A stretch of DNA of 64,000 nt from an uncultured Chloroflexia bacterium (GTDB lineage: Bacteria > Chloroflexota > Limnocylindria > Limnocylindrales > CSP1-4), in contig CAWHXD010000019.1 of the NCBI GenBank assembly GCA_963833225.1, positions 256,001-320,000 of the forward strand, in the 5' to 3' direction. Made by a program: the position numbers and the translations under genes. The notes under the pieces are model-generated. The model ran no database searches. It saw nothing but the letters and a program-made list of their open reading frames with translations, and was not told where the DNA came from. Shown here piece after piece: positions 42,819 through 53,046 of the stretch. Numbering within the stretch: position 1 is the first letter of the stretch; each line of letters opens with the position of its first letter.

Positions 42819-43006
42819 CGTCCTAGCCACTGAATGGCACGAGCCCAGACTTCTCCCTCCCGGCGCAGCGCGTACTCCGCTTCTAGCACTTATTCATCCT
42901 CATTCTCCGGTACTCCGTTCGGTTCCAGTGATTCGCTCGTCAGAGGGTTGGGACTCGTGGCTGTGGGTCAGCGTCCCAATCGACCGCAGAATTTGGAGCC
43001 CAGCCG

Positions 43007-43816
43007 TTGCTGATGCATGAAGTTGCCCCTGGGGCATCCTGGCCGCCCCCGGCGGACCTGGCAGAGTTGCACGACATCGACCGCCCCGCGCCGACAAAGC
43101 CCGTGGTCCGGCCGCTCTCCGTGTCCGTCGTGATTCCCACCAAGAACGAGGCCCGCAACATCGCCTGGGTCCTTGAGCGCATGGACCCGATGGTCGATGA
43201 GATCGTCATCGTCGACGGCATCTCGGTCGACAGCACGGTCTCGGTCGCCCGCATGGTCCGGCCCGACGCCGTCGTGGTGGATCACCCCGTGCCCGGCAAG
43301 GGCGAGGCCGTCCGAGCAGGCATCCATGAGGCCACGGGCGACATCGTGGTGATGATGGACGCCGACGGCTCCATGGACCCGGCCGAGATCCGCCGGTTCG
43401 TGGAAGCGGTCGCGGCCGGCGCGGACGTGGTGAAGGGAAGCCGGTTCCTGCCTGGTGGCGGCACGGCTGACATGACGCTGATCCGCCGTCTCGGCAATCA
43501 CGCCCTGGTCGCCTTCTCCAACGTGCTCCTTGGGGCCAGGCACACCGAGCTCTGCTACGGCTTCATGGCCTTCCGGAGGAGCCGGATCGACGATCTCGAG
43601 CTGCGGTCGACCGGCTTCGAGATCGAGACGGAGATCGTGGTTCGCGCCCATCGCGCCGGCCTGCTCATTACCGAGGTCCCCAGCTTCGAGTTCCCGCGAC
43701 GTCACGGCCACTCGAACCTGAACACGTTCCGGGATGGCTGGCGCGTGGTCCGCACGCTCCTGCGAGAATCCATGCTTCGCACTGGGACGACGAGCCCAGT
43801 CCGCGACGACAGCTGA
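43007..43816 (+). CDS. GT2 glycosyltransferase (DPM1/polyprenol-phosphate-sugar synthase-like)
   Basis: SVVIPTKNEA, IVDGISVD, GKGEA, MMDADGSMDP, KGSRF, GFEIETE. Confidence 0.9.
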   Translation: MLMHEVAPGASWPPPADLAELHDIDRPAPTKPVVRPLSVSVVIPTKNEARNIAWVLERMDPMVDEIVIVDGISVDSTVSVARMVRPDAVVVDHPVPGKGEAVRAGIHEATGDIVVMMDADGSMDPAEIRRFVEAVAAGADVVKGSRFLPGGGTADMTLIRRLGNHALVAFSNVLLGARHTELCYGFMAFRRSRIDDLELRSTGFEIETEIVVRAHRAGLLITEVPSFEFPRRHGHSNLNTFRDGWRVVRTLLRESMLRTGTTSPVRDDS

Positions 43817-43853
43817 TCCCCTTTCCTCCGCCGATAGCCAGGAATTCGAATAC

Positions 43854-46800
43854 ATGCGCCGATCCGTCCGTCCCGCAGCGCTGGCGATGGTCGCCGCGCT
43901 GATGATCCTCTCGCTCCCGTCCGCAGCCGCCGCGGCACGTCCCCTTGACGGTCTCCGTGTCCACGGGCAGACCGCTGCCGTGATCGGCGAGCTCGCCACC
44001 CTGACCGTGAAGCTCCCGGCGAACGTCGCGGCCTTCGACGCGCGGGTCATCACGGCACCCGGAGCGGCAGAGGTCATCGGCGTCGCGCCCGTTGGCGGTG
44101 GGACGGCTCTGCGTCCCGAGGCGTCCGGCGACGGCACGGCCGTCGCAGCTTACGGCCTGGCGTCGAGGAAGGGCGTCACGCGCGTCCTCATCGCCGTGAA
44201 TCCGCTGGTCGCGGGTCGGATCCAGGCCCGGGTCATCATTGACGCGGCTTCCGACGCTGCAGGGCACCGGGTAACGCTGCGTCGCACATCCGCGCTCGCG
44301 ACGATCACGGCCGGCGCCGGCCGGCGTCTCGTGGCGGCTCCCGCGGCGCGCATGCGGCTCGCCCCGAAGGCGAAGTCGGTCAAGCCATTCGACCTGCGCC
44401 TGGATCGCAAGTTCAATGCCCAGGACCTCGACATGGTGCGTGCGGCCTGGTCGCAGAGCCACGCGAATGTGGGGGCCATCTGTGGCGGCGCCACGGCCGG
44501 CGATGCCAATGGTGACGGCTGCGTCGACATCATCGACGTGCAGCTGCTCAAGAGCGTCAGCGGCAAGGCGGTCACCGCGAAGACCTCCTCGACCCTGCTC
44601 GCGACGGAGCCCGATCTCAGCTCCACGCGGGCGGTGCTCTCGACGACCCCGGACGTGACGTCGGTCGGCGACTTCGTGCCGCTCCGGACGTTCACGGTCA
44701 CCAGCACCGGCGACACGGCCGACGCCACACCCGGCAACGGGATCTGCGCCGACTCCAACGGGCGCTGCACCCTGCGCGCCGCGATGACCGAGGCGGACTA
44801 CATGCAGGGCGAGGACCGGATCGCCTTCAACCTGCCGGGAACCGCGCCCGTCACGATCCAGGTCTCCAGCCGGCTGCCCCTCATCACCTCCCGGTCCGGG
44901 GGAGTGTTCATCGACGGGTACAGCCAGCCCGGCGCCTCGCCCAACACCGCCCAGGTCGGCTCCAACGCCGTGCCCGGCGTCTACCTGCGTGGCAACGGCA
45001 ACGCCGCGCGGGAGTACGGCTTCTATATGACCAGCGCGAACAACATCGTCAGCGGCCTCGCGATCGGCAACTTCTGGCGCGCCCTGATGCTCGACGGGAC
45101 CGACGCCACCGGCAACCTCATCGCCGGCGACTGGCTGGGCTTCACCGGCACCGGCTCGAACAACGGCGGCTCCATCGGCATCCTGATCAACGTCGGTGCT
45201 CATGACAACACGGTCGGCACGCCCGCCCTGGCCGACCGCAACGTGATCGGCAACTTCCCGGTGGGCGTGGACGTGTACGGGCCGGGCACGGACGGCACGA
45301 CGTTCCAGAACAACCAGTTCTGCATCTCGCCGTCCGGGGCCCGCGCGACCTGCAACGTGGGGATCGACCACAACTTCGGCCCCAAGCGCAACCTGATCGG
45401 CGGCAGCGGCGCCAACGAGCGCAACGTCTTCGGGCCCACCAACTACCAGGGCATCGAGCTCTCGCACGGGTACAACCCGAGCGTCCAGCCGGACACCGAC
45501 TTCTCGCTGCCGTACCAGATCAACGACCACCAGATCATCGGCAACTGGGTCGGCTTCAGGATGGACGGCACGTACGACCCCGCCTACCGCTCGGGCCTCA
45601 ACTTCTCGAGCGCCGACAACGCCGAGGGCATCAACGTCTACGACGGCGTGTTCAACAACCTCGTCGAGGACAACTACGTCGCGTCGGTGTACGACGGGAT
45701 CATCCTCCGGTCCCCGCATGCGTCGGACAACATCCTCCGGGGCAACGTCATCGGCGTGGCCCCCAACGGCGGCGGCGCGGCGCCGCTCACGGGCTGGGGG
45801 ATCAAGATCGGCTGGAGCGCGACCCACAACCTCGTCGAGGACAACGTCATCCGCAACGCGGCCGCGGGCGGGATCGGCCTCGTCAACACCACCAACACCG
45901 GCCTGCCCCAGGCACCCGCCTACAACATCAAGCTCAGCCGGAACCTCGTGTCCGACACCAACGGACCCGCGATCGACCTGTTCGGGATCGCGGGGCCCGA
46001 TCCCAACGATCCGGGCGACGCCGACCTCGGCGCCAACGGGCTGCTCAACACCCCGATCATCACCGGCGTCACCACCACGACGGTGTCGGGGACGGGCCAG
46101 GCCGGAGCCACGGTCGAGGTCTACACGGTCAGCCGCGCCATCGGCGCCTACGGGCTGCCGCAGGCCTACCAGGGCTCCGCGGTCGTCGCGGGCAACGGCA
46201 CCTGGACCCTGGCGACAACGCTGACCGGCTCGGACGTCGTCTCGGCGATCCAGATCGCACCCGACTGGAACACCTCCGAGTTCTCGCCCAACGCCGGTTT
46301 CGGCAGCCCGTCGATCACGAGCGCGTCGAGCACGACGTTCCCCGCGGGCCAGGCCAGCTCGTTCACCGTGACCACGACCGGCAACCCGGCCCCGGCGATC
46401 AGCCGTTCCGGCGCGCTCCCGTCCGGCGTCACGTTCACCGACAACGGCAACGGCACGGCCACCCTCGCAGGCACCCCCGCGATCGGCAGTCAGGGCAACT
46501 ATCCGCTGACGATCACAGCGGCCAACGGCGCCCTGCCGAATGCCACACAGTCGTTCACGCTCACGGTGACGGCCGCCGTCGTGTCGGCGCCGGCCATCAC
46601 CAGCGCGGCGAGCACGACCTACGTCACCGGGACCGCGGGCTCATTCACCGTGACCACCACCGGCGTGCCGACACCCACCATTGGCCGGACTGGCGCCCTG
46701 CCCAGCGGCGTGACCTTCACGGACAACGGCAACGGGACGGCGACGCTTGCCGGAACGCCGGCCGCGGGCACCTCGGGCACGTACCCCCTCACGATCACGG

Positions 46801-48035
46801 CCACCAACGGCGTGAGCCCCAACGCCAGCCAGTCGTTCACCCTCACGGTCCACGCCGCCCCGGCGATCACGAGCGCCGCGAGTGTCTCGTTCTCCATCGG
46901 CTCCGCGGGCTCGTTCACCATGACCACGACCGGCACGCCCACGCCCTCCATCACGCGTGCCGGGTCGCTGCCCTCGGGCATCACCTTCACCGATCACGGC
47001 GACGGCACGGCGACCCTCGCTGGCACGCCGACCGCCGGGTCGGGCGGCACATACCCCCTGTCCATCACCGCGAGCAACGGAGTGCTCCCCAACGCCAGCC
47101 AGGCGTTCACGCTGTTCGTGACCGCTGCCCCGGCCATCACGAGCGTCGACCACGTGTCCTTCATCGCGGGCATCACCGACTCGTTCACCGTGACGACGAC
47201 GGGCACGCCCGTCCCCGGGATCGCGCGCACCGGCGCGCTGCCGGCGGGCGTCACCTTCACCGACAACGGCAACGGCACTGCGACCCTCGCCGGCACGCCC
47301 GACACGGGATCTGCAGGCACATATCCCCTGACCATCACGGCGGGCAACGGCGTCAACCCCGATGCCACCCAGTCGTTCACGCTGACCGTGACCCAGCTCA
47401 CGACGTACGCCACCGACTCGTTCGGCCGCAACGTCCGGAACAACTGGGGCACCGCGGATCTCGGCGGTGACTGGCTCGTCAGCACCGCCCGTGCGTTCAC
47501 CGTCGATGGGTCCATCGGCTCGATGGACCTCCAGAAGTCCCAGACGCGATGGGCCACGCTCGGCGACGTGTCTGCGCGGGACGTGGACCTGCAGGTGAGT
47601 CTCGGCTTCGAGGCGATCCCGGGCGCCGGAAACGCCTACGACTACCTCGTGGCGCGCCAGGTCTCGTCCGGGAACGAATACCGCGCGAAGATCCGGGTCA
47701 CCTCCACTGGCGCGGTGTATGCCCAGCTCCTGGCCGTGACCGGCGGCACCGAGGCGGGGATCTCCTCCGAGGTGCTGGTGGGTGGCGTGACGGCAACGCC
47801 AGGCGTGTCACTGCGCGCCCGGTTCGTTGTCACCGGCCTCTCGCCGACGAGCCTCCAGTTCAAGGTGTGGAACCTCGGACAGCCAGAGCCCGGGGCCTGG
47901 TCGGTGACCGCCACCGACTCGACCGCGGCGCTGCAGGCGTACGGTGCGGTCGGCGTCCGGGCATACCTCTCGAGCAACGCGTCACCGAACAAGCTGTTGT
48001 TCCTGTTCGACGACCTGGCCGCCCTCGTGCCCTGA
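43854..48035 (+). CDS. Large secreted surface protein: cohesin-like + dockerin-like + CSLREA + beta-helix + 4 Ig-like repeats + C-terminal beta-sandwich
   Basis: Signal peptide MRRSVRPAALAMV..; GDANGDGCVDIIDVQLL; FTVTSTGD..GNGICAD..CTLRAA; four repeats PAITS..FTVTTTG.P.P...GALPSGVTFTDNGNGTATLAGTP..YPLTITA.NG...Q.FTL.V. Confidence 0.82.
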   Translation: MRRSVRPAALAMVAALMILSLPSAAAAARPLDGLRVHGQTAAVIGELATLTVKLPANVAAFDARVITAPGAAEVIGVAPVGGGTALRPEASGDGTAVAAYGLASRKGVTRVLIAVNPLVAGRIQARVIIDAASDAAGHRVTLRRTSALATITAGAGRRLVAAPAARMRLAPKAKSVKPFDLRLDRKFNAQDLDMVRAAWSQSHANVGAICGGATAGDANGDGCVDIIDVQLLKSVSGKAVTAKTSSTLLATEPDLSSTRAVLSTTPDVTSVGDFVPLRTFTVTSTGDTADATPGNGICADSNGRCTLRAAMTEADYMQGEDRIAFNLPGTAPVTIQVSSRLPLITSRSGGVFIDGYSQPGASPNTAQVGSNAVPGVYLRGNGNAAREYGFYMTSANNIVSGLAIGNFWRALMLDGTDATGNLIAGDWLGFTGTGSNNGGSIGILINVGAHDNTVGTPALADRNVIGNFPVGVDVYGPGTDGTTFQNNQFCISPSGARATCNVGIDHNFGPKRNLIGGSGANERNVFGPTNYQGIELSHGYNPSVQPDTDFSLPYQINDHQIIGNWVGFRMDGTYDPAYRSGLNFSSADNAEGINVYDGVFNNLVEDNYVASVYDGIILRSPHASDNILRGNVIGVAPNGGGAAPLTGWGIKIGWSATHNLVEDNVIRNAAAGGIGLVNTTNTGLPQAPAYNIKLSRNLVSDTNGPAIDLFGIAGPDPNDPGDADLGANGLLNTPIITGVTTTTVSGTGQAGATVEVYTVSRAIGAYGLPQAYQGSAVVAGNGTWTLATTLTGSDVVSAIQIAPDWNTSEFSPNAGFGSPSITSASSTTFPAGQASSFTVTTTGNPAPAISRSGALPSGVTFTDNGNGTATLAGTPAIGSQGNYPLTITAANGALPNATQSFTLTVTAAVVSAPAITSAASTTYVTGTAGSFTVTTTGVPTPTIGRTGALPSGVTFTDNGNGTATLAGTPAAGTSGTYPLTITATNGVSPNASQSFTLTVHAAPAITSAASVSFSIGSAGSFTMTTTGTPTPSITRAGSLPSGITFTDHGDGTATLAGTPTAGSGGTYPLSITASNGVLPNASQAFTLFVTAAPAITSVDHVSFIAGITDSFTVTTTGTPVPGIARTGALPAGVTFTDNGNGTATLAGTPDTGSAGTYPLTITAGNGVNPDATQSFTLTVTQLTTYATDSFGRNVRNNWGTADLGGDWLVSTARAFTVDGSIGSMDLQKSQTRWATLGDVSARDVDLQVSLGFEAIPGAGNAYDYLVARQVSSGNEYRAKIRVTSTGAVYAQLLAVTGGTEAGISSEVLVGGVTATPGVSLRARFVVTGLSPTSLQFKVWNLGQPEPGAWSVTATDSTAALQAYGAVGVRAYLSSNASPNKLLFLFDDLAALVP
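46306..47392 (+). repeat. Four ~270-bp intragenic Ig-like domain repeats
   Basis: Recurring DNA such as (g/a)tcac(g/c)ttcac(c/g)ga..acggc.acgg.ac.gc.ac.ct.gc.gg.ac.cc near 46430, 46710, 46980 and 47250. Confidence 0.85.
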
Positions 48036-48036
48036 G

Positions 48037-49080
48037 ATGGGCGCGCAGGCCGAAGTGCCGGCCGCCGTCCATCCGGCAGCCGGGCCGCGGGGCTCCTTCC
48101 CTGCGATGGAGCGCCTCCTCGTGGTCGGCGGCAGGCAGCGGGTGCTGCGAACCGTGGCCGACACGGGACAGACCTGGTACGAGTACGACCAGGCCCTGGT
48201 GCTCGAGGTGAACCCGTCCTCGGGGGTCGCGTCCGTCGTCCACCGGTACGAGACGCCATCGGGCGCCCGTCCGGAGGTGGATCCGGCCGTGCTGTTCAAG
48301 AGCGGAACCCGCGTTGGCGACCTCCTGTATCTCTCCACGCAGACCGAGGTCATGGTCCTGCAGCTCCCCGGGTTCGAGCGCGTGGGCTACGTGTCGCTGC
48401 CGCGGTTCAACGACGTGCATCATGTGCGTCCCGGCCGGGGCGGATTGCTGCTCGTCGCGAACTCCGGTCTGGACACCGTGGTCGAGGTCGACCTCGACGG
48501 CACGGTGCACAACGAATGGAACGTCCTGGGGGAGGACACCTGGAGCCGGTTCGATCCCGCCATCGACTACCGGCGGGTGAAGACGACCAAGCCGCACCAC
48601 GCGCATCCGAACCACGTGTTCATGATCGGTGACGAGCCGTGGGCGACCCGGTTCGAACAGCGCGACGCCGTGAGCCTGCTCGACCCCGGCCGGAGGATCG
48701 ACATCGGCCTCGAGCGCGTGCACGACGGGGTCGTGTTCGAGGGGCACGTCTACTTCACGACGGTGGACGGGAAGGTGGCGATCGCCGAGACGGACACGCT
48801 CAAGGTGGTGGACGTCATCGACCTCGTGCCGATGCACCCCGCGGGAACTCGCCTTGGCTGGTGCCGCGGCATCCTGCCCGACGCGGACGGGGCGTGGATC
48901 GGGTTCTCTCGGATCCGGCCGACCAAGATCCGCGAGAACGTGGGCTGGGTGCTGCACGGCTTCAAGCGCGATCTCGGGACCCACGTGGGCCGCTACGACC
49001 TGCGGTCGCGCCGCGCCCTCGGCGACATCGTTCTCGAGGGGCAGGAGCTTGGCGCGGTGTTCAGCGTGTTCCCGGGCTGA
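48037..49080 (+). CDS. Hypothetical protein, probable beta-propeller, in polysaccharide locus
   Basis: FNDVHHV, VANSGLDTVVEV, HAHPNHVF, VHDGV, GWCRGI; starts 1 nt after the preceding stop. Confidence 0.7.
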   Translation: MGAQAEVPAAVHPAAGPRGSFPAMERLLVVGGRQRVLRTVADTGQTWYEYDQALVLEVNPSSGVASVVHRYETPSGARPEVDPAVLFKSGTRVGDLLYLSTQTEVMVLQLPGFERVGYVSLPRFNDVHHVRPGRGGLLLVANSGLDTVVEVDLDGTVHNEWNVLGEDTWSRFDPAIDYRRVKTTKPHHAHPNHVFMIGDEPWATRFEQRDAVSLLDPGRRIDIGLERVHDGVVFEGHVYFTTVDGKVAIAETDTLKVVDVIDLVPMHPAGTRLGWCRGILPDADGAWIGFSRIRPTKIRENVGWVLHGFKRDLGTHVGRYDLRSRRALGDIVLEGQELGAVFSVFPG

Positions 49081-51037
49081 CCACCGGCCGCCACACGGGA
49101 CGGAGCCACGTCGCGAGCAGGATCGCGGCAAAGCCGCCGTAGGTGATGATGACGGCGTAGCCAACGCCCTCCAGCCCTGCCCGCGGCAGCAACCACTGGA
49201 TCAGGGTCAGCAGGGTGATGGCGATCGCCCCCTGGACAAGGACGATTCGTCCGGCCTGCGTCCCGATCCTCGCGAAGGCGATGTACAGGTTGATGACCGC
49301 GAACGGGATCGCCGAGAGCGCGAGCAGGCGGAGCAGCAGCGTCTCTTCGGCATAGGACGGACCGAACAGCCCGAGGACGATCGGCGCGCCAACCACGAGC
49401 ACGGCGACGATCGGGAGCAGCACCCGCAGCATCGCCGCCAGCATCCTGCGGCCCTGCGCCCCAAACGTCGCCGGATCGCGGGCGGTGTCGACCACGAGAG
49501 AGGTCAGCATCTGGGACGGGATCAGCTGGATCGAGATCGTGATGACCCACACGATGTAGAAGCGGGCGCTGGCCTCTGCACCCGCCTGGTTGAGCACGAT
49601 GACCGGGACCAGCGAGGTGAAGGCCAGGGCGAACAAGGAGCCCGCATAGTCGCCCGCCGCGTAGCGGACGATGCGCGCGCCGGAGGGCAGGTTGACGGCC
49701 GGTCGTCGCCGGGCCAGCTGGTTGGGCAGGAGTCGCACCGCGGTGATCACGCTGATGACCGCGACGGCCGCGGCGATCGGCGCCACCCATGACGCGACGA
49801 TCGCGACCCCCCCGCCCACCGCGGCGAGCGCGAAGCCAACCGCGAGAAGGATCTTGCTCACGGAGAAGGTCGCGTTCTCGACGGCCAGCAGGACCGTCGC
49901 GCGGAACCCGATCAGGGCCCCATCCTGGAGGGCGAACTGGGTCCATAACGCGGCCGCGATGGCGAACCCCACGACGGCGAGCGGCTGCGCCCGGACCTCG
50001 AGGATGGGTCCATCGCTGATCCACAGCGGCCCGGCGGCAAGGTACCCGACGGCCAGCAGCAACGATGCCGCGGCCGCTGCCGCGTAGGCCGCAGCCAGCA
50101 ACCGTCCCGTGCGCCATCCGGCAACGGGCACGAAACGGGCGAGGACCGGCCGCAGGTTGAGCTGGGAGGCGCCGGCAACGAACGTGATCGAGGCGATGAT
50201 CGTCGCGTTGCGTCCGACCTCCGCCTGCGGGTACAGGCGGGCGACCAGCAGCCAGTAGAGGACGCCCAGCCCCGACGTGATCGCGGTGTTGGCGAGCAGG
50301 ACGTAGGCATGCCAGAACAGGGGATCGCGCACGTGGGCGAGGATCTCGCCACGGCCCCGGCGGATCGACCCGGCGAGCACGGTCCGGGAGCCGGCCGACG
50401 CGGGCGCCTCGGTTGCCGCCGCATCGGGCTGCGATCCGTTCCCTGGTCCCGTGGCGCCGTCGTCGGCAAGGCTCGCGACGAACGCCTCGACATCCGCCTC
50501 CGACCGGCAGTGGACCAGCCGTTCCGGGCTCCCGCGGAGCAGGGCCTCGAGGTCGTCGGTGCTCGAGGAACCGCCGGCGTTGCGCATGGCGACCCGCCCG
50601 GTCCTCGCCACCCGGAGCAGGGTCCGCCCCAGGTCGCCGAGATGGCGGACATAGGCCCGGAACCTGAAGACCCCTCGCCACCCTCGATGTCGCGCCTCGG
50701 ACCAGGCGCCCGAGATGAAGCGCTTCGCGATGCGCCCGGCGGCGCCACTGCGACCGACCGTGTCCAGCCAGACGACTCGATCTGCCGCCTCCAGCAGGGC
50801 CGACGTCCAGCCGGCATGCAGCCCCTCCGTGACCCAGGCCGGTGAGGCGGCGATGGCCGCGGCGATCGCGCGCAACGCCTCCGGTGGCCGTTCCAGCCCG
50901 GTCTCAGGGTCGACGGCCAGGTCGTCGAGATGATGGATGGGACCGCGCGTCAGGTCGCCGATTCGCCGGGCGAGGGTCGTCTTGCCCGCACCCTGATCAC
51001 CGATGACATGGATTCGTCGCGGTCGGTCGGCCGTCAC
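49061..51037 (-). CDS. P-loop kinase (FlaR/adenylate-kinase-like) fused to Wzx-type polysaccharide flippase
   Basis: N-terminus RIHVIGDQGAGKTTLARRI..HHLDDL..WVTEG..ADRVVWLD; C-terminus about 12 TM segments starting ANTAITSGLGVLYWLLVARLY. Confidence 0.78.
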   Translation of the reverse strand: MTADRPRRIHVIGDQGAGKTTLARRIGDLTRGPIHHLDDLAVDPETGLERPPEALRAIAAAIAASPAWVTEGLHAGWTSALLEAADRVVWLDTVGRSGAAGRIAKRFISGAWSEARHRGWRGVFRFRAYVRHLGDLGRTLLRVARTGRVAMRNAGGSSSTDDLEALLRGSPERLVHCRSEADVEAFVASLADDGATGPGNGSQPDAAATEAPASAGSRTVLAGSIRRGRGEILAHVRDPLFWHAYVLLANTAITSGLGVLYWLLVARLYPQAEVGRNATIIASITFVAGASQLNLRPVLARFVPVAGWRTGRLLAAAYAAAAAASLLLAVGYLAAGPLWISDGPILEVRAQPLAVVGFAIAAALWTQFALQDGALIGFRATVLLAVENATFSVSKILLAVGFALAAVGGGVAIVASWVAPIAAAVAVISVITAVRLLPNQLARRRPAVNLPSGARIVRYAAGDYAGSLFALAFTSLVPVIVLNQAGAEASARFYIVWVITISIQLIPSQMLTSLVVDTARDPATFGAQGRRMLAAMLRVLLPIVAVLVVGAPIVLGLFGPSYAEETLLLRLLALSAIPFAVINLYIAFARIGTQAGRIVLVQGAIAITLLTLIQWLLPRAGLEGVGYAVIITYGGFAAILLATWLRPVWRPVVSPGTR

Positions 51038-52308
51038 GCACCGCTCCCCGGCGCGAGGTCGCGGTACAGCGCCGCGAAGCGGCCCGCGACGGTGGTCGCG
51101 TCGTACCGGCGGACGTCGAGTCGGGCACGTTCGCCGAGGGCGGCTCGCAGGGCCTCATCGTCGACCAGGCGCTGCATCGCGGTCGCGAGCGCTTCGACGT
51201 CGCCGGGCGGCACGAGGAGGCCCGTCACACCGTCCTGGACCATGTCCGGGATGCCGCCCACGTCAGTTCCGATCACGGCCTTGCCGCGGCTCATCGCCTC
51301 GCGGACCACGCCCGGGAGGGGGTCCGGCCATATCGAGGGCACGACTCCGAACAGGCATTGGCTCCAGGCCGCCATCACCTCGGCATGGGGGACGTCGACG
51401 AGGACGGTGACGTCGTCCGGCAGCGGCGGCGTGTCCGGCCACCGCGTCCCGATGATGACGAGGGGCGGCGGCGATGCGAGCAGCCGGTAGGCCGCCAGGA
51501 GCGGTGACAGCCCCTTGTGCGGCTGCAGGGCGCCGACGAACAGGATGAACGGCACGCCCGGCAGCTGCCGGGGTCCGGGGCCGGCCGTGGCTGACGCTGC
51601 CTCGGGGACGATGTCCGCGATCACGGCCACCCGGCCGTCATCGTCCTGGGTGGCGGGGCTCGAAGACGGGGAGCTCGCGTGTCGTGGGCGCGAGCGGAGC
51701 ACGTCCCGACGCACCGCCGTCGCGACGTACCGGCTCACGACGTGGGCAACCCGGGTGCGCGTCGCGAGCCAGCGGCGCAGGCCGAGTACTCCGAGCACGG
51801 ACACGATGCCCTTGGCAGGCCCGTAGGTGCGAGAGGCATGGCGCAGGCACTTCCCCAGGGCCGGTCCCTCGCAGATTCGCCCGTCGATCAACAGGCTGCG
51901 TGTCGCACAGGCGTAGCCGTAGTCGCGCACGGAGAGGACCATCGGAATCCCGGTCCCGGCCAGGGCCAACGCGGCCGTGTACGCGGACCATCCGTGCACC
52001 TGGACGACATCCGGCCGGAACGAGCGGATGAGCCGTCGCAGGCCAATCGCGAGCCATGGATCCGGGAGTGGCGGCAGGTATCGACGCGTCGGCGATCCCG
52101 AGAACCAGGGGACCGAGGTGAACACGCCCGGAATGCGCGTCACGCCGATGTCGCCGTCCTGGTCCGATCTGGGCAGACCCGGCTGGCTCACCGTCGCCAC
52201 ACGCACCGAGGCGCCGCCGGCGGCCAGGGCGTGGGCGAGCGCCCTCACCTGCAGCTCGACACCGCCGACATGCGGCGGGTAGAAATCGGCGAGCAGGAGC
52301 ACCCGCAC
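51034..52308 (-). CDS. GT4 glycosyltransferase
   Basis: FYPPHVGGVE, LFVGALQPHKG, VVPSIWPDPLPGVVREAM, GGIPDMV. Confidence 0.9.
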   Translation of the reverse strand: MRVLLLADFYPPHVGGVELQVRALAHALAAGGASVRVATVSQPGLPRSDQDGDIGVTRIPGVFTSVPWFSGSPTRRYLPPLPDPWLAIGLRRLIRSFRPDVVQVHGWSAYTAALALAGTGIPMVLSVRDYGYACATRSLLIDGRICEGPALGKCLRHASRTYGPAKGIVSVLGVLGLRRWLATRTRVAHVVSRYVATAVRRDVLRSRPRHASSPSSSPATQDDDGRVAVIADIVPEAASATAGPGPRQLPGVPFILFVGALQPHKGLSPLLAAYRLLASPPPLVIIGTRWPDTPPLPDDVTVLVDVPHAEVMAAWSQCLFGVVPSIWPDPLPGVVREAMSRGKAVIGTDVGGIPDMVQDGVTGLLVPPGDVEALATAMQRLVDDEALRAALGERARLDVRRYDATTVAGRFAALYRDLAPGSGA

Positions 52309-52311
52309 CGT

Positions 52312-53046
52312 TCAGTCCGCGCCGGCCAGCCGGACCTCGCGCAGGGGCGTCCCGCGCACGGCGTCCAGGAGCGCGACATCGACCTCGCCGGCGCCGGGGG
52401 CGCGCTGCAACGTGGCCGTCCATCGCTGGCCGGGTGCCAGCGTGACCGGTTCATCAAGCACCACGCCACCGTCACCGGTGACGACGACTCGCCAGGATTC
52501 GGAGGTGGCCCCGATGTTGGCCGCCCCGACCTGCGCGTTCGTTCCGTTGGGGACGATCCACAGCTGGGCGCCGTCCGCCAGGGTCTGGACCGCGCCGGCA
52601 CGGGCGATGACCAGCGCGCCTGTCACCAGCGTGAGCCCGATCAGCAGCAGCACGGCCTCGTCGTACCCGATCGAGTACCGGTCGATCAGGCCAGCGAGCA
52701 TGCGGCCGATGGGACGCTCGCGACGTGTCTTCCAGGTGGCCCCGGCGACCCCCAGGACGGCAACCAGGATGAGGATCGGGCCGAGCCACGCCAGGCCCAG
52801 GGGCGTGCGGTCGAGCAGCAGACCGAGGCCGATCGCGACGGTGATCCCAAGGCCCGTCGCGAGCACGGCCGACGACGCGAGGCTGAGGCGATCGTCGCCC
52901 GTGAGGGCGCGGGTCACGAGGATGCCGGGACCGATCACGGCGATGACGAACACCAGCACCGAGGCCATGAGGCCCAGGCCCCCGACGACGGCGATCGTGA
53001 GGCCGATCCCGATCAGCTGGGAACCGATGACGACGGCCGCCCTCAT
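52312..53046 (-). CDS. Membrane protein (DUF1616-like)
   Basis: About five TM segments plus a small C-terminal soluble domain; ATG at 53046 overlaps the corrected stop of the upstream gene. Confidence 0.6.
   Translation of the reverse strand: MRAAVVIGSQLIGIGLTIAVVGGLGLMASVLVFVIAVIGPGILVTRALTGDDRLSLASSAVLATGLGITVAIGLGLLLDRTPLGLAWLGPILILVAVLGVAGATWKTRRERPIGRMLAGLIDRYSIGYDEAVLLLIGLTLVTGALVIARAGAVQTLADGAQLWIVPNGTNAQVGAANIGATSESWRVVVTGDGGVVLDEPVTLAPGQRWTATLQRAPGAGEVDVALLDAVRGTPLREVRLAGAD

Noticed and set aside
46306-47392. Long direct repeats suggesting a mobile element or diversity-generating retroelement
   Set aside because: In-frame Ig-like domain repeats with mostly synonymous divergence; no reverse transcriptase or transposase in the window.
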